From: Podarcis vaucheri
Lineage: Eukaryota
Length of the DNA: 64,000 bases
Direction: 5' to 3' (one strand)
Assembly: GCA_965113315.1 (NCBI GenBank)
Contig: OZ220375.1
The notes below the pieces were generated by a model. It searched no databases and was not told the DNA's origin. It worked only from the letters and a program-made list of their open reading frames with translations. This document shows, one piece after another, positions 10,891 through 22,572 of the stretch (position 1 is the stretch's first letter; the number at the start of each line of letters is the position of its first letter). A program made the position numbers and the translations under genes.

Positions 10891-13800
10891 TGTTAGGGTG
10901 AAAACTGGTACTGGCGGGGGGGGGGTTGGTTAGTTGAGATTTCGATTTCAATTGACTGTTGTTGTTTCATTTATAATATATATCCGTAGTGTTGTTCCAT
11001 GGTTTGGAAGATTGTGGGAGGGAAGGAGTGCTGCTGCAACTTACTTTGAGCTTTGGAGAACAGATGCATGCAGGATATAAAGAAAATGAAGGCTCGTTCA
11101 TCAGTTGATTTTAAAAATAGTGGGAACTGCGCATAAGGCTGAGATCCCAAGTACGGTTACTGCACAAAAATGTAATCGGTACCAGTGAGAACTGTTTCTA
11201 GATAAAACAGACATAGAATTTAGGAAACTGAGTTCTGGATTAGCAAAATCCAAGAGTGAGTTCGCCTTCATGGGTCCAACTGGAATTTAAAGGCGATGTG
11301 GAGCCAGAAATCATATAAAGCAAACTATACTTTTTCTATTTAAAAAACAAAAGCTTTCCCCTCTATTGGCACTATTCACTTGGTTGATCAAGAAGGAAGT
11401 TCTCCTGTGGACTCAAGACCCATTCAAGAGGTCCCATTAGTTTTAATGGTGGCATTCAAGAGGTCTCCATTCGTTTCAATGGTGCTCGCTGAGCTTCACG
11501 CTGGATTTCACCGCCACAGATTTCTCTGTGGATAAAGCTCTTGTGAGGGGAAATATAAGAAAGGAAACTCCCGTTTCGTGAATAGATTTGAATTCTGACG
11601 TGACGATGACAGGAAAAGAAACTTGCAACTAAGTAGCAGAAGCAATTTGGAAGTGTGTGTGGGAGGAATAATCAATATATCAATAATCAAGAGGGTTTGA
11701 AATATTATTTATCTCATTCCTACGTTTATCATCCCCAGCAATATTGCTAATCTTCTGAGATATTGGAGATCAGCCGTGTTAATAAAGAAATATGCACAGA
11801 ACACAAAACGAAAAGTGCAACGATTTTTTTTTTTGCACATTCTGATACAGCTTGTAGAAAAGTACTCCGGCAGCAAAGTTATTATATTACCTCGATCGAT
11901 GAATAGACCGATAATGAACACAAATAGGGAAATGTGTTATGATTTAATGAAGCTGGGTCTTCAGCAAATACAAAGATCTAGGCTAGGGGGAAACTGATGT
12001 GGTCTTCTTTGAGGAAGGGAAGCAACGGAGAGAGTGTAAGGTCGATGTGTAGGGGAGCATCGGAAGGAAACGACGATACAATGGAAAGAAGGAAAGGAAC
12101 AGAGAGGGAGAAGGATAGAGAAAGAAGTATACGACTGGTTTGAAGAATCACAACGAAAGAATAGAAAGGTAAAAGGAATGTCCGGACCACGACTAGTAGT
12201 GTTGCTGCGGCTGCTGTCGTCGTCCTTATATTATCTCACATTGTGTCAGGCGCTGGACGTTTTCAGAACCTCTCGCACATTCACTTATGACAAACACAGC
12301 TGTATCGAGAAGTCCAACGAGTCCAACGAGAAGCTCTCCAACCCCATTGAAACAAACGAGAGCTACGCCAGAGCCCCCATAGGACTCCTTCAGTGGATCG
12401 GGACCCTCTTCATTTGAAAGTAAAGTCCACCGAAATTTAGAAGGCATTCCTTAAAAAGCCAAAGAGTTGTATTCAGGGTTCATCCTACTCAGAGTAGAGT
12501 CACTGCAATTAACAGCCAACGTCCGTCTGCTGATTTCAATAGGTCTGCTCTCAGTAGAACTTAGTTGCATATAACTCTATGTGCTTAGGGGTACCCTACT
12601 GCTGAAATCATTCCTATTTCCCTGACGTGTGGAAGCCTTTTTGACACCACCACCATTTATGTTCCTGCGAGATCCGGACCCAGAGTTTCCCCCCGCAAGG
12701 GCTTGGGAAGTTTGTGTCCAGAAAGGGTGAGAGAATGGGAGCGATCCTGTTTCCCGCACATTGCTTCCCCATCCCACCTCTCTAATCCACCCACCAACAT
12801 TCAAGAGCCCCTTTCAGAAGCAAAGAGGAGAGGAGGGCTTGGACGCTGGGGGTTCCCCCTGCAGAACCCGTATCATGATGGAATCTGGGCCAGGATGATT
12901 TAACAGGGGAGAGGGTATTAATAATGCTACGTCCACATGTTTAGGGTACAGTATTAATGTGATTTTCTAAAAACAACTCGGATATATTCTTCCCTTTCTT
13001 TTCTCCTTCGTGTATCCCTCCCCAACTCACTCCCCCCTAAATCTTTCTATTTTCCTTCCTTCCATCCATCCATCCATCCATCCATCCATCTTTCCATCTT
13101 TCCTTCTATATGTGTTTCGATGGATGAAAACCATCCATCCAAACCCATATATGCAAAGGAAAGGGAAGTGTCTCTTGATTAAAATCTCAAGGAAGGAAGG
13201 AAGAAAGGAAGAAAGAAAGGGACTCTTGGCTTTTCCCCTGGGCTCTTCGAAGCCCCCTCCTTGTCGCCATTCATATTTAATGAAAATCACCGTGTTGGTC
13301 TAATTGCACTACATAAAGGTTTACACTACCAGACAGGGTAAAATAGCAGCACTCGGGGCGGCGTTAGAAACTCCGCTGGTTAGCAAAGGAGACAACGGGT
13401 AGGGGGATCTTCAGCTAAGTACCCTGAGAGGTTTCCATCTTCCCTTGGACTTGCCTGTCAGCTCTGGGCGCTCCCTGCCTATTGCAAGTTGTGCTATTGT
13501 TTCTAACTGAGGAATCGCCCAGCCTGACTTTCACCTTCCGGCTCTTTGAAGCGCCTCACTTTCTCGATCCAGCTAGGACTGGGGGACTGCCGATTCCTAG
13601 CCTGAGCTGGACATTCCCGCCCCCAACTTCTGAGACCTTTTGTATTTCACAAAGGGCAACCCTTGGCGCCCTTCGCCCCGAAGCTCTCCTTGCCTTACAC
13701 GGCATCTTTAACCTCCAGCGCCTTCCCTTCCTCAACCAGCTGCCAAAGACTACCACGACCGGTTATTTCAAGAGCTGCACCATCCACTAGTGGCGAATTT

Positions 13801-15130
13801 TCCAGCCCCTGAATTTCTTGAGGACCTGCGGCTCTGCGCCCCCACCTCCCTCCACCCCGCCTCTTACAACCGAGTGTCACATTGCCTCCAAGCACAAAAT
13901 AACGCACACACACAAACACGCTAACCTCAATAGGTTAAGTGTAGCACAAAAGAATCAGGACGAAAAGAAGTACATTGCAGCGGACTTTAGAGTTATCACT
14001 GCCATTGACTTTGCTTACGTGCTAAATAAGACCGTGGCAACTTCAGTTAAATGCCGTTTGATATACAAAATTACCGTACCAAGTGTTCCCCCCAGAAAAT
14101 CTGTCTACTCATCCAGCCAGCCACCTTCTACTTTCCTGTAAGCTTACTAAGCCAGTTTATAAAGTGCCTCTGCTACCCATAAAGCCCGCTTTATGATGGG
14201 AACCCTGTCCTTATTATGGAATCCACAAAACGTGCTATTTGCTACCCACAGTATCGCCTATCTCCAACGCGCCAGAAAGCGAAACAAAATTCAAAAGCAA
14301 GCGAAAATCCTTAAATAATAATAGCATTCCTGTTTCAGTTAAGTACATAAGTAGACCTGCGGTGGGGGTAGAGGGGAGGCCCCCCAAACCAGAGTTCCTG
14401 CTGGGTGTCCTATTGTTCTGTCATCATTGGGTATCTACCACAGGTTTGAGAAGTGACGCCTATTGTTCTACTGTAGCCTCAAATGAGAAACTTAAACAAA
14501 ACAAAACACACAGAGAGCTCCTTTCACTCAACTCGAACCAATCGTCTCAACTGAGTGCGTTTCTTGGTACACTTCAGACACAGGCAAATTTAACATCTCA
14601 GTCTGTCTTCCAATGTCCTTCGCTGAAGAGGTGACTACTTTATTCATTCGTTTATTTTTAATCAACATGAACAACACAATACGCCTATCGCCTGGATTTC
14701 CCACACGTGAAATATGGCTTTAGGCAATATCCACAGGGAAGTTCTCCGTCGTGTGCTCCGTTAAGGGGAGCTGCGGAAGAGCACGGGCAAGAAAATCTCC
14801 CGGTGGATTGTGCCCTTCATTCTGGAACAAACACCTCACGAGCCAGTCACCTATACAAGAACTCTCCATATTTCCTATTGCTGTTTGGGGGGTTTTTTTT
14901 GTTTTGCTTTTTAAGGTTCTGGAAGAGAATCTCCCGGTCTCAAAAAACAAAACAAAAAACCTGCTAGCCGCGACTCTGACGTTTTTCTGGTTCCAGGATT
15001 GCCCAAAATTTATACAAATCTCTCCTTAATTGGTAATCACAGATGCTTTAATTTAAGACCCCCAGCTATACAGTTTTCACATTAGGTTTTGATCAATTAC
15101 AGTAAATCGTCTGAAATAATCAACTCTAGG

Positions 15131-15134
15131 GAGA

Positions 15135-15190
<56 letters not shown>

Positions 15191-15360
15191 AAAGATCACA
15201 CATCATTTTCGTTTGAGAAATGATTTATCTCGGACGGTGCCATAAACAACACAACTCTCTCTCCCAAAGACGCACACACATACAATGGGAGAAGGTCTGT
15301 TGCTGCTGCTGGGGCTGACATGTTTATTGTAATAAATCAAGGGGGGGGGAGAAGGAGAGA

Positions 15361-15409
<49 letters not shown>

Positions 15410-15728
15410 GGTTTGAGGAGAGAAAAAGAGAAAAGTGTGTGTGTGTGTGAATATATATATATGGAATGCCTGGATGGGTATAAATATACACACCACCACG
15501 GGGTGAAGAGAAATGGGAGAAAATGAAGATGGCTATTTGTCACATTTTACGACAATAACATTAATAACAAACAATAAATTTACATGGACATACAGACTGG
15601 GAGGCAAGACGGGATCTCCCGCTACTTACAATAAGTCCAGCCCTCGGCGTGGTTTCTTGCTTCCTGAGAAATGTTTTATTGCAGCCCTCTCTCACTCAGT
15701 CTCTCTCTCACTCAGTCTCTCTCTCACT

Positions 15729-15781
<53 letters not shown>
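15131..15781. repeat. Cluster of (GA)n/(TC)n microsatellites (15131-15185, 15363-15406, 15707-15781)
   Basis: Directly visible dinucleotide tracts. Confidence 0.95.
15630..15663 (-). CDS. Candidate hidden ORF, micro-exon C (34 nt; GSKKPRRGLDL)
   Basis: Acceptor catttctcag|, donor TT|GTAAGT. Open in the phase continuing from exon B and restores phase 2. Confidence 0.28.
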
Positions 15782-15783
<2 letters not shown>

Positions 15784-15899
15784 ATACTCTTGCACACACA
15801 CTCTCTTTCCCTCTTTCTCTCTCCCCCCCATAGGCTTATGAGAGAGAGAGTGTGTGTGTGTGTGTATGTGTGTCTGTGCATGAGAGAGAGAGCGCTTTT

Positions 15900-16025
15900 T
15901 TTTTTTAAGGACAGTTGAATTTCACGTCAGACACAAGGAGACCATGTCTGCGATTTTCCTGACGAATACATATCTATTCTGCAACCTCTGCATTAATTAT
16001 TTAATGAATCACGTGACTTGGGGAG
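15900..16025 (-). promoter_or_regulatory. Putative internal HOXB3-leader promoter/enhancer
   Basis: E-box GTCACGTG (16017-16010) abuts the palindromic homeodomain array CATTAA-ttat-TTAATG (15991-16006). CRE half-site TGACGT near 15924. Confidence 0.5.
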
Positions 16026-17163
16026 CGTGGGGTAGGGGGTTATCTTTCTCTTTCTCTCTGTTTCCTATGCACAATGAGGGCCGTTGTGACCTTCCGCTGG
16101 AACATCAGGACCGTGTGTGCTCATATGTGTGTGTATATATATATACACACACATATACAGAGAGAGAGAGAGCACATATGTCGCATCACACAAGCTCTCA
16201 TGTTTTACACACACTCAGTCTTGTGCATGCATGTGTACATATTCAGTATATACACAGACAAACACACTTAAATGTGTGTGGGGAGCATAACATTATGAAA
16301 CCACGTGTTACAAACAAATATATATATCCATATGTTTAAGCAGTAGGAGCGATGCATGTACAGATATTATATCGGAGTGGGTAACTTTCTTCCATTCAGA
16401 TTATTTAGAGAGATTACAGTCATTCTGTAAAATATTGGGTAGCGTCATCTTTCCAGGTGGCTCCTTCCTTGCTTCCTTGTTCATTTCCCACCCCCACCCC
16501 ACCCCCAACCCCAGCATCTTTCTTCTGGCCCACCCATTCCATCTCTTTAGCCTTTTCAGTCTATTAAATTCTCTTCCTCCACCTTTCTTTATACATATAT
16601 GGGACTATGGTAAACATGCTTGGTAGCTTTGGGGTTATTGGCTCTGTTTAGTGCAAAGGGCCCGAGGACCACCACCACAACGATAAGAATCATTCTAATA
16701 GAAACTGCGAGACAGATTTAGAGTTTAAGATGAGCTGCCGGGATGTTGGTATTGGTGATGGAAGCGAAGAGCTATAGAGCCTCCTTTAATCTGAAGACGC
16801 TGGGTAAGGAACGCTCTGACTTGCACCAGACAATAAGAATGCAAAGCATAGTAGCACGCGCTTGTGCAAACGTATCCAAACAATCATTTTTTTAAAAAAC
16901 ATGTAGAAGTGGGAAGTAAAAGGGCGAATAGGTGAGGAGTGCGTGCAGCTATGGCATTTGCAGAAAAGAGTGCTCACGCGCATTTACTTTTTCAGGTAAT
17001 AAAGAAACACCGGCATCCCTCCACTAAACAATAGAACTGAAAAGGGCCTGTGAGGCAGCGTCTTAAACAGACGGTAACATCAAATCAAACAATGGCAGTG
17101 GTGGGTTGGATGGAGGTGGTCGGGCTGGGCTAGGAGCTGAAAGCTTGCCTTTCTCTCAGAGAA

Positions 17164-17166
<3 letters not shown>

Positions 17167-17220
<54 letters not shown>
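17167..17220. repeat. (GA)n microsatellite
   Basis: Directly visible. Confidence 0.95.
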
Positions 17221-17224
<4 letters not shown>

Positions 17225-18872
17225 CATATTGATGGCATTTCGACAACTGGGATCTCTTTTCTATTCTGAACGCTTTCGACAAGTATAAACCTCACATCAA
17301 TTATGCGCAGGAGCAAAACATTTTAGATAGGAATAAATGAGAGATCGACAACATTTATTTCCAGGTCTTTCTGACCGTGGGGTTTGTAGAACAAAAGGAT
17401 TGTGGTGGGTAGGTTTGTTCAGACCCTAGTAACAGATGTAGCGTTAACTGCATGAAACCGAAGATACGGATGCAAAGCTTTTCTTTTTTAAAAAAGGAGA
17501 AAAAAGAAGCCAGGTGTATTTTGTGTGTGTGAAAAAATAATAATCAGATCCAAAAATGCAGAATTCTCAGCACGGCTAATGTTTCCCACCCCAAATCTTA
17601 ATCGCAGTATTCTGGGGTGGAAGCGTAACGGCAGAAAACAAACGCGGTTCGATCCCAAACGCCTTTGCTTACAAGTAAAAGCTGCGATCTTCCAGGATAA
17701 ATCAGTCGGGACCCTTTTGCCAAGCGAATCAATGGGTTTGTTCGATGGGAACATTGCAAGTCATTCTGACTTTCGTTCGAACGTACTTCCAAGAAAGGGC
17801 TCGTTGGTTTTGCTCTAACATAACTCCCCGGCAAATCCCACTGATTTTTCAGCTGCATCCCATTCTAAATACTGGGAGGAAATCCCACTGCCATCAGTGG
17901 GGCCTGCTATCGCAGAAGAAAAGAGTTTGGGAGAAATCTTAAAATGGTTCGAAGCCAGCGAAGGGAAAGAAGAGGGTTTGACTGCAAGTGTTCACTGCCG
18001 TGAGGAGACCTTGCTGAATAATAATAATAATAAGTTGGGCTTTTTTGGCCCACTTAAACAACTGATTTAAAAAAAAAATTACAGAGGAGATAAAAATGGA
18101 GAGAGAGCCAGAATAAGATTTCGATTTTTTTAAAACCTCGCGGATTGCTCGGAGACATTAAAAGAGAGGCAAAGTGATATTTATAAAAATATATATTTCT
18201 TAAGAAGAAGAAAAGTGAGCAGAAAAGAAAACATGTCTATAATCCTTGGGTTGCAAAGGAAACAAAAATCCGTCTGCTTCCCCCTCCTTCCCTCCCCCCT
18301 TTTTTTGTTAAAAAAGAACAACTTTGATTTTAAAAGATGTTTCTGTCTTCTGTAGTTCAAAGGAAAGGAAGCGCCTCTTCTCGCCCTGGTAGGTGCGAGA
18401 AACCGAGCGGGGTTTTTCTCTCTCTCTCAAGATAAAATGAACGTTTATATAGTGGGAAAGGCAGATTGATTTACGAATTTAAACACGCCGGTTTTATTGG
18501 GGATCATAAATCTGCCAGGGTGCTACCGATCAAACTGAGAAAGCTCCCAAACTCCGCTCCCCTGGCCAACTAAGATCCACGCCTCTTTCTCTGTCATTGA
18601 AAGGGACGTTTCCAAAGGGAAAGGTAGAAGGGTTGTAACATAGATCCGGTTTGTGGGAGGGTGTTTGCGCCCGCGCACCCGCGTGCGTGCAACTTGTGTG
18701 TAGACAAAGGAACACACGGAGAGAAGAAAAGGGAGATAAGGAGATAAAGACAGGGTTTATATGTACATGCACTGATAATAGTGGAAATAATACGAAGAAA
18801 TAACCATGTGTAGAATAAAGAAGGGGGGAAGAGAGAGAGTCTCAGAGCATGTGCAGACTGCCTTGGCCTCAC

Positions 18873-18910
18873 CACTAAATAAATAAATCACAGGCTCAGC
18901 CCATCTGCGA
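18873..18910 (-). CDS. Candidate hidden ORF, micro-exon B (38 nt; SRRWAEPVIYLFS)
   Basis: Acceptor ttttccctag|, donor G|GTGAGG. Open in the phase continuing from exon A. Confidence 0.28.
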
Positions 18911-20009
18911 CTAGGGAAAACCTCTTTTTAAAGAAGGATACAGGGCAGCCAGTAGGTGCAGTTGCTTTCAGACCACACAACTGCAGGTGGCGTTTTCACA
19001 CGTGCACTGCTGTGCGCGTTTGTTTTTAAATACAAATCTATGTTGCGCCAGTACAAAGAAGATGAGCCACCAGAAAGAAGCAGATACCTACATACATACT
19101 GTACATACAAACAAATGCCATGTTCTATATCTCACAGTAGACCTTCTGCTCCCCTAAGCTCTCCTTATGCAGTTGTCTAACACCAATAGTTCTTCCTTTT
19201 ACCATCCACCAAAATAATATATTAAATATATATATAACTAGTCTGGGATGGAGAGCTCAGGAAATAGCTGGCCACCTTGCCCTATTAGGATGGAGACCTC
19301 ATTGCAGTGTTTAGCACCTATACTGCTTTGCCTACGGAAACCTGGGACCTTTAGGGTGGGATCTTGCTACAACAGCCACCACCCAGCACCCTTGGTGGTT
19401 GAGATTTAAATAACAGTCCAACTGCACAACCAAAAGTAAACATTTTGCAAAGGGTGACAGAGATCTCCTTATGGTGAGCCTGGACAGACGGGTCCACAAA
19501 CCACTTAGAGTAGATTGAGGCCCAGTTTGTGCCACTGGCTTCACTTTAAACAGATCTAAATGCCAGTACTCAGGTTTTAAGTGAGCTGGAGATGAAGATG
19601 AAATGTCCACATCTGGGGGGAAATATTCAGCCTCTGGACCACTTTGTGGTTCATGTCCTCACTCAACCTTATAGAAGGCTGCAGGTGGGGTGGTATAAAT
19701 GGGTCTTCTGATATATTTACAACAGGGTAACATGAAGGAAAAGTCGCTCCTGAGCACAAAATTTCATTTCCATGTAAAGTCAGGGTCATCTCCAAGTCGC
19801 TGTAAAGAAAACGTCATCATAACACTGCATTTTCCTTTTGAAGAAGTCTAGTGGGTCTGAATATTCCACAATGTATGGTGATCTAAGATCTCTAGAAAAT
19901 CATTACAATAAACGCTTGAAATTTATCAGGGGGAAGGGGGGGTGGAGAGAGAAGCCTAATACCTAAAGGAAGACAAAAGAAGGTCAAGGCAGCCATTTTA
20001 ATAGAATAA

Positions 20010-20100
20010 CAGTGCGAGTTTATGCATGTCTTCTCAGAAGCAAGCCCCATTGAACTAAATGGGATTTACTCCCAGGTAAGTGGTATGTAGAATTACAGCC
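20010..20100. mobile_element. ~90-bp palindromic MITE family 1 copy
   Basis: Same arms and a central CCCCATTGAACTAAATGGG hairpin, flanked by TAA/TTA. Confidence 0.65.
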
Positions 20101-20369
20101 TTAAGGTGCTTTCCTCCAGCCCAATAAATAAACTTGTTTATCAAGGAACCCATCAACGACACCTTTTGTAAAGGGCTCCTTGCTTTTTCTTAGAGCCTTT
20201 GAACCCATCGACCAGTGAGCGTTGCTAACTGCTGTTATGACATTAGCTTGACTTGAATAAAAGGTAGAAAGAATGTGAGGAAGGGGGTGAAGATGAGAAA
20301 CAAGATGGGGTGCCGAATTCATGGCCTGGTCACCCCACCTTTCCATTGCATGCATGGCACACATATAAA

Positions 20370-20460
20370 TCACATTTAAATCACATGACTTCCCCCAAAG
20401 AATCATGGGAACTGTAGTTTTCCACTCACAAAGTCGCAGTTCCCAGAACCCTTAACAAAT
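20370..20460. mobile_element. Fragment of a palindromic non-autonomous DNA element
   Basis: Inverted arms tgggaactgtag / gcagttccca with ttaa-containing ends. Confidence 0.5.
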
Positions 20461-21301
20461 GCATAATTATTTGTGTGTGCATGCTTTACACAAATGTAGC
20501 TCTATGGTGCGCATGCAGGTTCCCTTTTTCAGCAAATCTGGGTGTCACCCTAGAGTCACCCAGCAAATCTAGGCACCAGGGACTCAGAAATTAATCTGAA
20601 CACCACGTATATCAGCGTACTGCTCATTGTTCTTCCAGGGCAGAAGAAGGTGTAAAAGCAGGAAAAGGTGGCTAAGCTCCTACTACCACAACAGCCACCA
20701 CTGATGAAGACTGTGATAAAAATAATAATAGTCACTGTACTTTGCCACACAGGGATTTCACCTATCTAAAACGAAAACCCAATAGACCAAAAGTATGGGG
20801 GACTGCACGATGACAATGCAATCCTATGCATGCCTACTCAGAAGCAAGTCAAAGGGGACCAACTCTCAGGTTAGGCGTGTATGGGGTTGCAGCCTCAAAG
20901 CCAATCCATCAAACCGGCCAAAATTTAGGCCATCTCCCATTCATTTCAAGGAGGATTGCGCAGGAGAACTACCTGCTGGACTGTGAGCCCTAAAGAAAGC
21001 TAGGGAATGAGCAACAACAAAAAGCCATAGCCTCCGACAAGATAATCGGACTGGACTGGAGGAGGAGAAAAAAGCCAGGCGCCCACACACACAAAAGGAA
21101 AACCGATAGACTAAGGAAAGCAGAGGTTGGTTGGCTCTCTGCATTGCTCTCGTTTTCACGTTTGCCTCCGGAGTTTGCTTTAGCCCGCCCCTGTTTCCGT
21201 GAGAGCAATGCCACCGAGCACAATGTCCAGTCTTGAAAAGGTCAAGGGGTTTTGAGGGGTCATTCTGTAGCTGCAATACCAGGCTAATCGCTTAGAAAAC
21301 G

Positions 21302-21318
21302 TGTCCCTTGGATGAACT
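21302..21318 (-). promoter_or_regulatory. DR5-like RARE 3' of HOXB4 (ENE-type)
   Basis: AGTTCA-tccaa-GGGACA. The position downstream of HOXB4 and of the CR3-like block fits the early neural enhancer. The second half-site is degenerate. Confidence 0.6.
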
Positions 21319-21843
21319 CCATCCTCACTCCGCAGCTCGCCAGGGTCAGATCTTAACTCCATTTCTTCTAATATAAACCTTTCCCCCCCCCCACCTTGAA
21401 ATGCAGATGGATAGATCATGGACGGACGCTCAGACAACCTCTTCACTCACACCTCTGCTGGCGAACCTTCAAAAACCCGCGCATGAATACCAAAGGCAAT
21501 ATTTTAAAATCAAAAATTAAGTAGCCACGCCTCCTCTGTATTATCTGCAGTTATGGAATATGTGACATTGCATTATCCTTACAACATCCCCTGGCATAAA
21601 GAGTTCTAGAACAACAGTGTGAGGGTTCCCAGCTACTCCAAACCCACGGAAAAATAAAGGCAGGACGCCCTTTTAGAACAGGCACCTATTTTATTCTAGT
21701 ACCCAGTCTCCTGCCCCCCTCACCCACATTGTCATTAGAAAATAAACAAGCATTCTTCACAAAAGCCCAGATGTTAAAAACACATTTAAAAATCAAACCA
21801 TTAAAATTCCTTTAAAACATCTCTTATTAGCAGTCTTTTCTCT

Positions 21844-21845
<2 letters not shown>

Positions 21846-21899
<54 letters not shown>

Positions 21900-21901
21900 T
21901 C
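21846..21901. repeat. (TTTC)n microsatellite
   Basis: Directly visible. Confidence 0.95.
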
Positions 21902-22228
21902 CCCGCCTTTATAACTCCATGTGTTGTTTCTTTTAAAACCACCACCACCACCACCAGGAAGGGCTTCCTCTTAAGGCTGCAAACTCATCTAAGGTTGCAG
22001 CCCTATGGACACTTACTTGGGAGTAAGACCATTCAATTCAGTGGGATTTACTTCGAGTAAACGTGCTGCATAGAAGCGGGCTTCCCAGGGCACGTTTTTA
22101 AGAGCAGAAGGCATTTGATGTTGTCCCCGCCCCCTCCATCCTTAAAAGCGAAGCAATATATAATTTCAAAAGAACAAGCCGAGCCTTTAAAAAAACCACA
22201 CACAGAATGTTTGGGGTTGTTTTTTTAC

Positions 22229-22299
22229 CTTTTTAGCTTCCCACATCTTTTCTCCAGGCGGTTAAAGGTGGTGTTCATATCTGAAGTAGAGTCTTCCAT
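22229..22299 (-). CDS. Candidate hidden ORF, coding exon A (MEDSTSDMNTTFNRLEKRCGKLK, ends phase 2)
   Basis: aaaATGG context. Open frame for 71 nt to a GT donor. Confidence 0.33.
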
Positions 22300-22497
22300 T
22301 TTACAAAAGTAAAAAGTAAAAAAAAAAGTTCAAGTGTCTGTGTGTTTGAATATGTATATATAGAGAGAGGTGTGTGTGTATATATATATATCTATATATA
22401 TTAATATATAGATATATATTTTCTCTTGAAGATATCTTGAAAGATTCAAGGCTCCTGGGTACTCTTTTTTTCCCAACAGAAGGTCTGCGGAGGTTTG
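22229..22497 (-). other. Putative HOXB3 upstream (leader) exon containing a strong-Kozak ATG at 22299
   Basis: Acceptor ttattcaacag|CAAACCTCC. Donor AAAAG|GTAAAA at 22228. It follows the CR3-like block directly. Confidence 0.5.
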
Positions 22498-22541
22498 CTG
22501 TTGAATAACAATAGGAAAAGGATAAGTATTTGAATAAAAGA

Positions 22542-22572
22542 AATGATTAATGATTTTTTCGGTATAATTCTC
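22542..22572 (-). promoter_or_regulatory. CR3/late neural enhancer-like Hox autoregulatory site shared by HOXB3/HOXB4
   Basis: GAGAATTATACCGAAAAAATCATTAATCAT has two TAAT cores, including Pbx-Hox TGATTAAT at 22544-22551. It resembles my recall of the mouse CR3 HS1/HS2 sites. Confidence 0.65.

Noticed and set aside
14019-14135. Possible additional exon (acceptor about 14136 or 14101, donor GTAAGC at 14018) for the hidden ORF
   Set aside because: In-frame stops in the required phase and weak polypyrimidine tracts.
15200-17320. ORFs with ERERER / LSLSLS / THTHT runs
   Set aside because: Translations of dinucleotide microsatellites.
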